This document shows, one piece after another, positions 1-10,384 of a stretch of DNA of 34,028 nucleotides. Below the pieces are notes generated by a model. It searched no databases, was not told the origin of the DNA, and worked only from the letters and a program-made list of their open reading frames with translations. Source of the DNA: Chiloscyllium plagiosum (lineage: Eukaryota); NCBI RefSeq assembly GCF_004010195.1, contig NC_057719.1:87842681-87876708 (forward strand), given 5' to 3'. Each line of letters opens with the position of its first letter. The stretch's first letter is position 1. A program made the translations under genes and the position numbers.

Positions 1-297
1 TTGAGTCTGAATTATCTTCTGAACCAGCTGAACAAGACACTCTCTTTCTCTTCATTCTTTCCTGGGATAGGATTTGGTGTCCATCCCTAATTGCCCTTGC
101 ACTGAGTGGCAGGGTCATTTTAGAGAGTGGGTAAGAGTCAAGCACTTTGCTTTGAGTCTGGAGTCACTTGTAGGCCAAATGAGATAGAGTCAGAGAGTCA
201 TAAACAGAAGTTGCTGGAAAAGCTCAGCTAGTCTGGCAGCATCTATGAAGAGAAGTCAGAGTCAATGTTTCGGATGTGGTGATCCTACCTCAGAACC

Positions 298-948
298 CAG
301 AGTCATAGGGACATACAGCACGGAAACAGAATCTTTAGTCCAAACAGCCCATGCTGATCATGATCCCAAACTAAACCAGTCCCACCTACCTGCGCTTAGC
401 CCATATCCCTCCAAACATTTCTTATTCATGTACTTATCCAAATGTCTTTTAAACGCTGTGGCTATACCCTCATCCAACACTTCCTCTGGAAGTTCATTCC
501 ACACATGAACCACCCTCTTTCCCTTAGTCATTTTAACAAAGCACCAAACTACTCAAGTTTGGTGCAAAATGACTAACTGTATTAAATAAAAAAGTTATTT
601 TAAATGATTTGGCAGGTGTGGTGGAGGTGGGCAGCCCATTTTGCCTGAGTCTTGGGCAGAGCACTACAGACTTAGACTTGCAGGGTTGCCGCCATCTTGG
701 ATCTCCATGAACCACCCTCTATGTAAAAACATTTCCCCTCGTGTCTTTTTAAAATCTTTCTCTTCTCACCTTAAAAATATGCCCCCCGAGTCTTGAAATC
801 TTCCACCCTAGGGAAAAGACACCTGCCATTCACTTTGTCTATGCCCCTGTTGATTTTATAAACTTCTTTGAGGTCACCTATCAACCTCATAAGCTCCAGT
901 GAAAAAAAAGAGTCCCAGCCTATCCAGCCTCTCCTTACGACTCAAACC
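298..948 (-). mobile_element. CR1 LINE 3' fragment, interrupted by 519-705
   Basis: Matches the CR1 3' ends elsewhere in the window (e.g. 28635-28875, 18690-19240). Confidence 0.75.
519..705 (-). mobile_element. 187-bp insertion resembling an L1/Tx1 5'UTR, 15-bp TSD
   Basis: TSD catgaaccaccctct at 504-518 and 706-720; minus strand begins GAGATCCAAGATGGCGGC (YY1-type motif) and ends aaaATGACTAAGGGAA. Confidence 0.6.
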
Positions 949-1314
949 CAGATTTCCTTCCCTAAAGAATATGAGTGGAATCAATGTGTTCAGAGAGATG
1001 CATTGCACATCTCAGGAGTAGGTGAGACTTGAACCTGTGTCTGTTGGCTTACAATTAGGGACACGGACATTATTGAATAGCAATCGATGATCGTTGCCAT
1101 GATAACCGCAAATAAGGTGAGTGGGAAGCTCCAGATTCAAAATAATTGAATGAAAATTCCACCAGTTGCCATGGTGAGATTTGAAACCAAATAACCAAAG
1201 CAGTGGCTTGGATCTCTGGCCTTATCTGCCTCCACATCACCTCCCTGGGATGGGAACCGGCAATAAATGCTTCCTCTCAACGTCTACATCCCATGAATGA
1301 GTGAAAAAAAATAG

Positions 1315-1455
1315 ACATTTGCAGCTTTGCCTTCAGCTGCCTAGCCCTGAGCCCTGGAATTATCATCTTAATTAAACCGCTGTCTCTCCAGCTCTCTCTC
1401 CTCATTAAGTCGCTCCTTAAAACCTACCTCTTTGGCCAAGCTTTCAGCCACCTGG
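1315..1455 (+). mobile_element. L2-like LINE 3' tail
   Basis: gccttcagctgcctagccc...ctggaat...ctccttaaaacctacctcttt (LKTYLF) terminal motif. Confidence 0.55.
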
Positions 1456-1847
1456 TTTCTTTTGACTTGTTGACAATTATACCCTCCCACATAGCCGAGA
1501 AGAGCCCTGCGACGGCTTCTGATGCTAGATGTGTTATTTAAGTACATGTTGATCTTTTTGTTAACCACATCCTTGGCAAACAACACTACTTTCTGTGGGG
1601 ACATGTCTAGTCTGTATCCCAATCAGTGTCTCTTTGAACATTTCCAACGAAAACATCTTATTTGATAAGTTTTCATTCCAATCTATCCGGGCTACTACCC
1701 CCCATCGCGATATTATTGAAATATTTTCTGGATATTGCAGTGCAAAGGTAGTGTGCATACCTATAGACAAGGAGTACGGCGTTCATGTCCCACTTACTCC
1801 AGAAATGTGTCCAAACGGGTCGATTAATAAAGAAAAGAAAATGAACT

Positions 1848-1998
1848 AAAGAACTGCACATGCTGGAAATCGGACACAAAATCAGAAATTGCTGGAAAAA
1901 ACTCAGATGGTCTGGCAGCATCTATGGAGAGAAAGCAGGGGTAATGTTTCGGAAGACTCACTGGACTTGAAACATTAACGCTGCTGTCTCTCCACAGC
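1848..1998. mobile_element. Older Penelope pseudo-LTR palindrome family (further copies ~195-296, ~11613-11848, ~24215-24435)
   Basis: Shared gctggaaaaactcag...tctggcagcatct.tggagaga...gttaatgtttc arm with a partial inverted copy; diverged. Confidence 0.6.
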
Positions 1999-2178
1999 CT
2001 AGATTTTAAAAATCCATATTCTGGTCATTGTCTCCTCGATGCGCTCCACTTGTCCCATTCCACGTCTGACAGTTGCAACTGGCCTCTCTCTTTTCCAAAA
2101 CTAAATCATTCTCTGCATTGAAATGGATCTACTCTGGGCTAGCCTGCCCTTCAAGAAGCTCAATACCATTCAGGCCAA

Positions 2179-2277
2179 CACCATTCCTGACGACGGGCTT
2201 TTGCCCGAAATGTTGATTTTCCTGCTCCTCAGATGCTGCCTGACCTGCTGTGCTTTTCCAGCACCACTCGAATCTTG
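2179..2277 (+). mobile_element. Single-arm Penelope pseudo-LTR fragment
   Basis: CTGACGACGGGCTTTTGCCCGAAATGTTG followed by the gatgctgcctgacctgctg arm; imperfect 16-bp duplication at 2163-2178 and 2278-2293. Confidence 0.7.
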
Positions 2278-3149
2278 ATACCACTCAGGTCAAAACAGTT
2301 CAGTAGATTAGCACCACATCCACTCCCTTGACCACCAATACCTGACAGCAGCATTACGCATGATCTACAGGGTGCACTGCAGAAATTCACCAAAGATCCT
2401 CAGACTTCAACTTCCAAACCCACGACTACTTCCATGCAGAAGTACAAGGGCAGCAGATACCTGAGAACACTACCACTTGCAAGTTCCCCCCCATGTCACT
2501 CACCATCCCCATTTGAAAACATATCACCATTCCTTCACAGTTGCTGGATCAAAACTCTGGAACTCCCTTCTTAAAGATATTGTGGATCAACCTACAGCAC
2601 GTGGACTGCGGCAGTTTGAGAAGTCAGCTCACCAAACCTTCTCAAGGGCAACTCGGGACAGGCAATAAATGCCAATAATTGAATCATTAGCACTTCTCTC
2701 TGCAGAATTCTGTTTATCTTGCTACAGCCCCTTTACTTGGCATTGTTCACAAAGCTCAATATCTTTATTGACGGGTATGTAAAGAGATTTGATATATTAG
2801 TGCTTAGAATGTGAGCAACACTGGCAATGTCAAATTGACTTTCTGATCCTGGTAGTTTCAGGAAGGTGTTGTCAATGACCCCTCTGTACTAACCACCCTT
2901 ACACAGTGTATTCATTTGACTGTACATTATCTTTAGACTTGTTTGTGTAGTCACTTTATCTCTAAAGGGATAATTAGTGGATTGCCCACGTAGTATCTCT
3001 CAGATTTCAGTTTTCAGGTAACACAGGCAGTGAGGGGGTGGGGTATCAAATGTTTACAACTAATTTGCTTGCTCAGAACATGGTATTGCAGTCACATGCA
3101 TGTTCTTTAGCGAGAGCATTGGTAAACCAGCTGAGGTTTTGCACAGATT

Positions 3150-4470
3150 GTAGAGATTAAAGAATTGTTACAGCACAGGAGGCCATTCAGCCCATTGCGT
3201 CTATATCGATGTCTGCATGAACACTTTGCCTAGTGCCACTCCCCTGTCATTCCCCTGTAGCCCTGCATATTTTTCCTCTTTAGATAATGATCCAATTCTC
3301 TTTTGAAAACCACAACAGAACCTGCCTCCACCACACGCTAAGGCAGTGCATTCCAGAACCTAGCCACTTGCTGCATTAAGATATTTTTGCTCATGTCACT
3401 GCTGTCTCTTTTGCCAATCACCATAAACCAGCGTCATCTGCTTCTCGATTTTCTTCCTATAGGAACATTTTCTCCCTATCTGCTCTGTACAGCCTCCATG
3501 TGGTTCTGTAATCCTTTGTCAAATTTCCTCTTAAGCCACTCTTCCCCAAGAAAACCTCTCCAAACTGTGCATGAAACTGAAGTTCCTCATCCCTGGAACT
3601 ATTTGCATGAATCTCTTCTGCACTCTCTGTCTGTCTGTCTGTCTCTGTCTCCAAAGCCTTCTCATCCTTCCTAAAGTGTTTTGCATGGGACTAGATGCTA
3701 TAGGCCACTGAGATGGGACCAGTGTTCAGTGCAGGTTTACCATAACTTCCTTGTTCTTGTACTCTATGTCTCCAGTTTGATGATTAGATTAGATTCCCTA
3801 CAGTGTGGAAACAGGCCCTTCAGCCCAACAAGTCCACACCGACCCTTCAAAGAGTAACCCACCCAGACCCTAATGCACCTAGCACTATGGGCAATATTGC
3901 ATGGCCAATTCACCTGACCTGCACATCTTTGGACTGTGGGTGGAAACCAGAGCACCCGGAGGAAACCCACGCAGACACAGGGAGAATGTGCAAACTCCAC
4001 ACAGCCAGTCACCCAAGGCTAGAATTGAACCTGGGACCTTGGCACTGTGAGGCAGCAGTGCTAACCACTGAGCCACCGTGCCGCCCCTATATAAAGCCCA
4101 GCATTCCAGAATGTTTTTTTAAACCAACTTCTCAACTTGCCCAGGTGCTTTTATTGTTTTATACACATATACCTCCAGCTCACTCGGATGTTGCACCCTC
4201 TTCAGAAAGGTAACCTTCATCCTGCATTTTATTTTTCTCCTCAGTCCACCAAATCTATCATTTCACATTCCTCCACCTGCCATCTGCCTGTCCATTCTAG
4301 CGGCATGATTATCTCCTTTTAAACGTCCACACAGCCTTTCTCACATTCACAGATGCGGATTGGTCATTAGGGGGCTCGATCACGAGGACATCCCTGTGAA
4401 CCTTCCTCCAGCTAGAAGAACTGCGCGCCAAACTGCGCTCTGTGTTCTGTCACACAACCAATTTCACCTC
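3150..4470 (-). mobile_element. Old CR1 fragment, interrupted by the SINE at 3783-4087
   Basis: Decayed similarity to the CR1 3' end and RT C-terminus seen in younger copies. Confidence 0.55.
3783..4087 (-). mobile_element. HE1-like V-SINE
   Basis: tRNA-like head (ggtggctcagtggttagcac, ggttcaattc), V-domain gtgtggagtttgcacattctcc...ggtttcctccgggtgctc, (aatct)n tail. Confidence 0.85.
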
Positions 4471-4514
4471 TGATGTGGCTCACCCTTTTGTTCCATTGTC
4501 GATACAGCTACAAC

Positions 4515-5035
4515 TGTATAAGGCACAAGTCAATCAGACTCCAGCTGGAATATTGTGAACAGCTCTGGGCCCCTTATCTGAGGAAAGATACAGTGCCATT
4601 GGAAGCAATCCAGGGAAGGGATTGTCCACTGGGCTGATACTGGGTATGGAGGTCTTGTGAGGAGAGGTTGAGTTGTTTGGGCGTGTACTCATTGGATTTT
4701 AGACAATTGAGAGGCGACCTTACAAGATTCTTTGGAGAGTTGACAGGGGAGATGCGGAAAGGTTGTTCCCCCTTGTAGGTCTATGAGCAGAGGGCATCGT
4801 CTCAGAATAAGGGGACCACCCGCTCAAGACAGAAGCGAGGAGGCATTTCTTCTTAGAAGGTAGCAAATCTGTGGAATGCTGTACCGCGGAGGGCTGCATT
4901 CTGTCTTTTTAAGGACATTCAAGGCTGAGAGAGACAGATTTTTAATCAATGGGGGGTTGAGGGAAAAAGTTGGGAAAGTTGAGTTAGGGATTGTCAGATC
5001 AGCCACGATCGTGTTAAATGGCAAAGCAGACTCGA
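4515..5035 (+). mobile_element. CR1 3' fragment
   Basis: Decayed LEYCxQxWAPYLRKD and RGDL motifs plus 3' UTR. Confidence 0.7.
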
Positions 5036-5281
5036 AGTTCTCAGGGACTTTTTTTTTTAAATCTTCTCACGTCAACAGGTTTACCAGAATTGTTAGCTTC
5101 TGGTCCCCACAGCCTGATTTGAACTCCTGAGCTCTTACTTGGCTTGTGCTGGAGCTCTGGAGCACTAACCCACTCACCCACACACACCAGAGTTTCAGAA
5201 CAAACCAATATGACTCGACTCCTACTAAAGTGTCAATCTGTGGGTAAGACCCCAGCTGCCTGGCAGTCCCGAGTTGCTTAC

Positions 5282-5923
5282 CTGAATTTGTTTGGTTGTG
5301 GTGCCTCTTGCTGATATACCTGGCGAGGTGTCCGAGGGCAGACTGCTGTTGAATGGGTGACCAGTGGTGCCACGATTTGGAGAGCCGGGGGAGGTGCTGA
5401 GTCCCCTCGCGCCCTTTGGGCTGGAGCGACCGAAGAAGCAAGAGATGGGCCTCCAGCCCAGACTGTTCCTTCTCCCCGGTCTCAGCCTTCTCTCCACGTG
5501 GGGCTGGGTGGTCTCCGAGGGGATCCTGTCAGAGGGGAGAGTGCCATCCTGAGCTCCGGGTGGAAATGGGTGCATCCTCTGCCGCTCGTACTCCAACGAG
5601 GGGATGGACAGGTTCTGGACCGACTTGTTCAAGTGGGGCCCACCTCCATTCAGTTGGCTGCTCCCGCCCTCTCCTCCACGGTTCTTGCCGTGGTGACTGC
5701 GGGTGAAGATCCTGCTCCAGCGGTGGGTGGAACTGGGCGGCTTCTGTGACATCTCCCGGGCGCCGTCTTCTTCGATCCTCCTCAGCGAACAGGGCTTCCC
5801 CTGAGACAAACAGACCGTGTTTCTCCGCAAAGAGTTGGACCTCGACACCGAGACTTTCTGCAGGTCAGCCAGCAGCTCCGTGATGTGGCCGTTGGCCGCC
5901 GACTTGCTTCCACGGACGATGGC
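5282..5923 (-). CDS. PAK6: Group II PAK kinase (PAK6-like), following coding exon (linker, 214 codons)
   Basis: Acceptor tgtcttttattgcgCAG|GCC. Reads AIVRGSKSAANGHITELLADLQKVSVSRSNSLRR..., continuing the group II PAK motif K|TIVRG...SVxRSNSLR, then a Ser/Pro/Arg-rich linker. Donor CAG|GTAAGC at 5282/5281. 642 nt, phase 0-0, no stop. Kinase-domain exons not found in 1-5281. Confidence 0.9.
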
Positions 5924-5985
5924 CTGCGCAATAAAAGACAGGTCAATTCAGGAAGGAAATGTGAATAGCAAATGGGGTCACAGAA

Positions 5986-6165
5986 TTAAAAATCACACAA
6001 CACCAGGTTATAGTCCAACAGGTTTAATTGGAACCACAACCACTGATGAAGGAGCAGCGCTCCAAAAGCTAGTGCTTCCAATTAAACCTGTTGGACTATA
6101 ACCTGGTGTTGTGTGATTTTTAACTTTGTCCACCCCAGTCCAATACTGGCACCTCCAAATCACGA
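5986..6165. mobile_element. Palindromic Penelope-derived mini-insertion, second family
   Basis: Perfect 48-bp inverted arms (5986-6033 and 6076-6123); loop holds a mutated hammerhead CTGATGAAGGAGCAGCGCTCCaAAAGCTA; TSD ggtcacagaa at 5976-5985 and 6166-6175. Confidence 0.78.
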
Positions 6166-7084
6166 GGTCACAGAAGCCAGTGAACAGTTTGAATTAGTAT
6201 TTCCAACCCAAGGCTCCAAAAGAATATTAATTTGGATATTAAAAGAAGGCCATCGCCAGATACTATCCACTAGACACCCTGAGGAAACGTGCTCAGTGAA
6301 GTTTGAGATATGACTTCCCATGCAAAAAAAGCTGCCTCTTTTCTCTCTAGCTTTCCAGCTTTCAGACACCGGCTGGTAATTGATAAGGCTTTCCGGCTGA
6401 CAGGAGAAGTCTCACAGGACAAGGCTCTGCTCCATCTCTGCAGAGTGAACACTCTCGCCCTGTAGCAATCTCTAATGTAAACCTTCACAATGTCTGATCA
6501 GAACAATGAACTATTCACCCTTTCCACAATGCTAGAAGGAATGAGAAATACACCCAAGGTATGATCACAGCAGTCCAAAGCAAAAGGGTCCGTATTTCCG
6601 TATACAGGATGAGTTCAGACCAGTACCAGTGCTTCCAACTCTTTCCTTCAGATCTTCAAACACTCACCCATCCTGATACACCAAGCTTGGACTTTCTCCT
6701 AACTCCCTCAGATCAACAGCTGTCAACCCAACATGCATGAACCTGGCTTTAATCACTTACTTCAGCGACAATTCTGAAGCAGAACCTTCCTCCCAGGTTC
6801 GGGTAAATGCAATGACGTTAAATCCTGTGATCCACACTCACTCACTCTCCACCAGCTCCACACTGAGCGATGAGGTGTCAGAGTTCCTGCCGCCTCCAAC
6901 CCTTGCATCATCCTCCTACCACAGGCATGAAGCATGAGCAAAGCAAGCCAAGTCACTGCAGAGTCCTCACATAAATTCTAAAATATATTTTGCATTAATG
7001 GTTTTGAGGATTGCATGTCTTTCCTGTTAACAAACTGCACATCCTACCATGATGTGCAGACTAGGTGGATTAGCCATGAGAAAT

Positions 7085-7399
7085 GGACAGCACGGTGGCA
7101 CAGTGGTTAGCACTGCTGCCTCACAGTGCCAGAGACCCGGGTTCAATTCCCACCTCAGGAAACTCTGTGTGGAGTTTGCACATTCTCCCCGTGTCTGCGT
7201 GGGTTTCCTCCGGGTGCTCCGGTTTCCTCCCACAATCCAAAAATATGCAGGTTAGGTGAACTGACCATGCTAAATTGCACGTGGTGTTAGGTGAAGGGGT
7301 AAATGTAGGAGAAATGGGTCTGGGTGGGTTACGCTTCGGCGGGTCAGTGTGGACTTGTTGGGCCGAAGGGCCTGTTTCCACAGTGTAAGTAATCTAATC
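7085..7399 (+). mobile_element. HE1-like V-SINE
   Basis: A/B boxes, V-domain, tail gggccgaagggcctgtttccacagtgtaagtaatctaatc. Confidence 0.85.
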
Positions 7400-7792
7400 A
7401 TATATAATCTAAATGCAGGGTGACAGGGTAGGAGAGGGACTGGGTCCGTGTGGGATGATCTTCAGAGGGTTAATGGGGACACGATGTGTAGGGATTCTAT
7501 GATTCTCCACCTCTGGAGTCAAAAATAAGGGAAAAGCTTTCTGACAGAGAAAGAATCTCATCAACCCTTTCAGAATTAATTGACTAACACAGACATGCAC
7601 AATCACGTACAAAGACTCAAACAACCAGTCACGCTCACATGAATTTATGCATACACTTGTACATTCATATTCACAAACACATACACACACACACACCCCT
7701 ACACATTGATGTACAGCCTCACACTAACTGACATTCACACGGATGTACCCAGACTCATATGCCCCAAAGTTCACACACACACTCACAGGCAT

Positions 7793-8460
7793 TACCATCT
7801 CTGAATCCCCCACTGTCAACATCCTGGGGTCACCACTGACCAGAAATTCAACTGGACTCGCCACATGAACACAGTGGCTACAAGAACAGGTCAAAGACTA
7901 GGAATACTGCAGCAAGTAACTCACCTCCTGACTTATCTACAAGGCACAAGTCAGGAGTGTAATAGAATATTCCCCACTTGCCTCAATGGGTGCAGCTCCA
8001 ACAACACTCAAGAAGCTTGACACCATCTAGGTCAAAGTAGCCCACTTGATTGGCACTACATCCACAAGCACTCACTCCCTCCATCACCGATGCTCAGTAG
8101 CAGTACTGAGTACTACCTACAAGATGCACTGCTGAAATTCACCAAAGATCCTCAGACAGCACCTGCCAAACCCATGAACACTTCCATCTGGAAGGACAAG
8201 GGCAACAGTTACATGGGAACACCACCCCCTACAAATACCCTTCCAAGGCATTCACCATCCGACTTGGAAATATATCATCATTCCTTCACTGTTGCTGGGT
8301 CAAAGAACTGGGGAATTCCCTCCCTAAGGGCATTGTGAGTCTACCAACAGGACATGAACTGCTGTGGTTCAAGAAGGCAGCTCATCACCACCTTCTAAAG
8401 GGTAACTAGAAACAGGCAATAAATGCTGACCCAACCAGTGATGTCCATATCCATGAATGA
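7793..8460 (+). mobile_element. CR1/L2/Crack-clade LINE 3' fragment (related pieces ~2125-2675 and ~23300-23430)
   Basis: Decayed RT C-terminus ESPTVNILGVTTDQKFNWTRHMNTVATRTGQRLGILQQVTHLL...IYKAQVRSVIEYSPLA; 3' tail ggcaataaatgc shared with the Deu-type SINEs. Confidence 0.75.
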
Positions 8461-8779
8461 ACAAAACACAACTTGGGCACTCACACTCGCAAATGTCCAA
8501 AGTCTTACCTGACACCAACACACACTGCTCCTCACACACCCTGACCTATAATCATTCCCTCACATTCACCCAATCATACAGTTGCACGTAGACCCCTGTG
8601 TTCACACACTGCTAAGTTCACTTGGGGCAGCCTTCAGTCTCATAAGACAATTTCCTAAGGGTGGCAACTTTACACAGGCTGCCAATCCAGACCTGTTTTT
8701 TTTTAAAATGAAAGATAGGAGCTCCTCATTTCTGACAGAAGATTTTGCTCATGTCTCCCTCAGAACTACCATTCTGACA

Positions 8780-8997
8780 GTTCTTTCATGGCATCACCAA
8801 GCTGATGCATGTGATTGAGCCAGTGCAGAGGACAGTGCCTTAGCGATATGTGTATGCTGATGGACTTAGCATGCTTCAGGAACTCAATATTGATGATTTT
8901 ATTGTGCCAAAAGATTATGAAGATACTTGTGAGACAGCGAATGTGGAAAGTATTCAGCCTTTTCTTTTGCCTGGCCTATGTTCTCCAGGTCTCACCC
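8780..8997 (-). mobile_element. RTE-clade LINE fragment
   Basis: Minus strand reads GETWRT*ARQKKRLNTFHIRCL...WHNKIINIEFL...LHWLNHM, matching the RTE C-terminal ETWT...RLNxFHxRCLR...W..K..N.EVL...RWLGHV motif. Confidence 0.7.
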
Positions 8998-9510
8998 ATA
9001 CTCACAGATACTCACACTGCACTCACAATGACACACCACACACAGTGACACTCAACTGCACTCACAATGACACTCTAACACACGCTCACACTGACACTCA
9101 CACTCAAACTGACTTACACTCAAACTGACTCACATTCACTGGCATACACATTCATATTGATATATACTCACATGAATGCATATTCACACTGACACACACA
9201 TGCTCTGATACTCAGTGACACTCACACACTAACACTTATACACAGAGTGACACTCACAATAGCACACCAACACACTCAATGATATTACACTTACACACAC
9301 TCAGACCTAAACACATATACACTTGCTGATGAACACTCAAACTCACATGCAGACGCTCACTTATACACACTCATACTAACGCAGTCACAGACACATAGTC
9401 ATACTGACACACTCATACTGATGCACATACTCACATTGACGCACAGGCACATACTTGCACTGGCACTGACGTTGACAGACACTCAAACTGACACACTCAC
9501 ACTGACATTT
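8990..9510. repeat. CA-rich low-complexity repeat (similar tract ~7585-7790)
   Basis: Degenerate cacact/gacact units. Confidence 0.8.
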
Positions 9511-9864
9511 CACCTGAAAATTTTGATCAGTGGGAATTATAACAGTTTGGGGCTATAAAGAAATGTTGTTTCAGTATATGTTCGATTGTTATAAATACTG
9601 GATATAGCTCACAAAGAGTTAACTCACTGAGCTGTAACAGCTTTAAACCTCACAACCAGAATATTAATGAGAAAGCTGGGAGATGTATTTGATCTTCCCA
9701 CAGCAGTTAAACAGTAAAGAAGAGTACCTTGAGGGTAACAACAGACAGACTCACTTCCACAACCTACCCTTTAATTCTTCACTTCTTAGATCCCTCACAC
9801 TCTTCCTCCACAATGTCCATGTCTTTCATTCTCAGAACCACTCCTGTGTCCATCACCTTCTGTG

Positions 9865-10092
9865 GAGAAAGTGAGGACTGCAGATGCTGGAGATCAGAGC
9901 TGAAAATGTGTTGCTGGAAAATCGCAACAGGTCAGGCAGCATCAAAGGAGCAGGAGAATCGACGTTTCGGGCATGAGCCCTTCTTCAGAAGGGCTTCTTC
10001 CTGAAGAAGGGCTCATGCCCGAAACGTCAATTCTCCTGCTCCTTGGATGCTGCCTGACCTGCTGTGCTTTTCCAGCAACACATTTTCAGCTC
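9865..10092. mobile_element. Palindromic Penelope-derived mini-insertion with two hammerhead cores
   Basis: Inverted arms of ~90 bp; CTGAAGAAGGGCTCATGCCCGAAACGTC at 10001-10028 (+) and 9961-9988 (-); TSD catcaccttctgtg at 9851-9864 and 10093-10106. Confidence 0.8.
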
Positions 10093-10370
10093 CATCACCT
10101 TCTGTGTCCATCACCCTCCATCAAACCTCACTCTCTCACCCATCACTCTTATGTCCCTCACCTTGTGTCTCATATCCCTCGCCCTCCATTTCCATAACCC
10201 TTCACCCTCTGTGTCTCTCACCTCTCACATCCCATGTCATTCACCCTCTGTGTCCTTCATCCATCACTCTTATGCCCCACACATTCTGTCCTTCACCTTG
10301 CACCCGTGTGCCTCTCATCCTCAGCGTCCATCCCTTCCTCTCTCACCCTCCATGTCCCTCACCCACCATG
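10093..10370. repeat. CT-rich degenerate repeat (ccatcaccctctgtgt-like)
   Basis: Recurrent catcaccctc/tgtgtcc units next to the CRIB-exon donor. Confidence 0.65.
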
Positions 10371-10384
10371 TGAGCTAGCCTTAC

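Larger units (their letters stand above)
70..1220 (-). mobile_element. Deu-type tRNA-derived SINE split by nested insertions (pieces ~70-185 and ~948-1220)
   Basis: Reverse-complement pieces match the intact copies at 22060-22335 and 29716-29985. Confidence 0.55.

Noticed and set aside
3764..4213. ORFs with CGRKPEHPEETHADTGRMCKLHT (also at 7121-7381, 12850-13277, 29206-29495)
   Set aside because: Translations of V-SINE sequence, not genes.
1..5281. PAK kinase-domain exons
   Set aside because: No GEGSTG, VAVK, HRDIK or DFG coding sequence found on the minus strand; they presumably lie outside the window.
5357..6101. Plus-strand ORFs of 62-130 aa
   Set aside because: Antisense shadows of the GC-rich PAK exon.
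7085..7160. tRNA-like sequence with A and B boxes
   Set aside because: SINE head continuing into the V-domain; no complete cloverleaf or terminator.
8495..8520. Minus-strand donor-like CAG|GTAAGA within the PAK intron
   Set aside because: No convincing acceptor or coding frame upstream; the flanking exons already join in frame across the conserved K|AIVRG junction.
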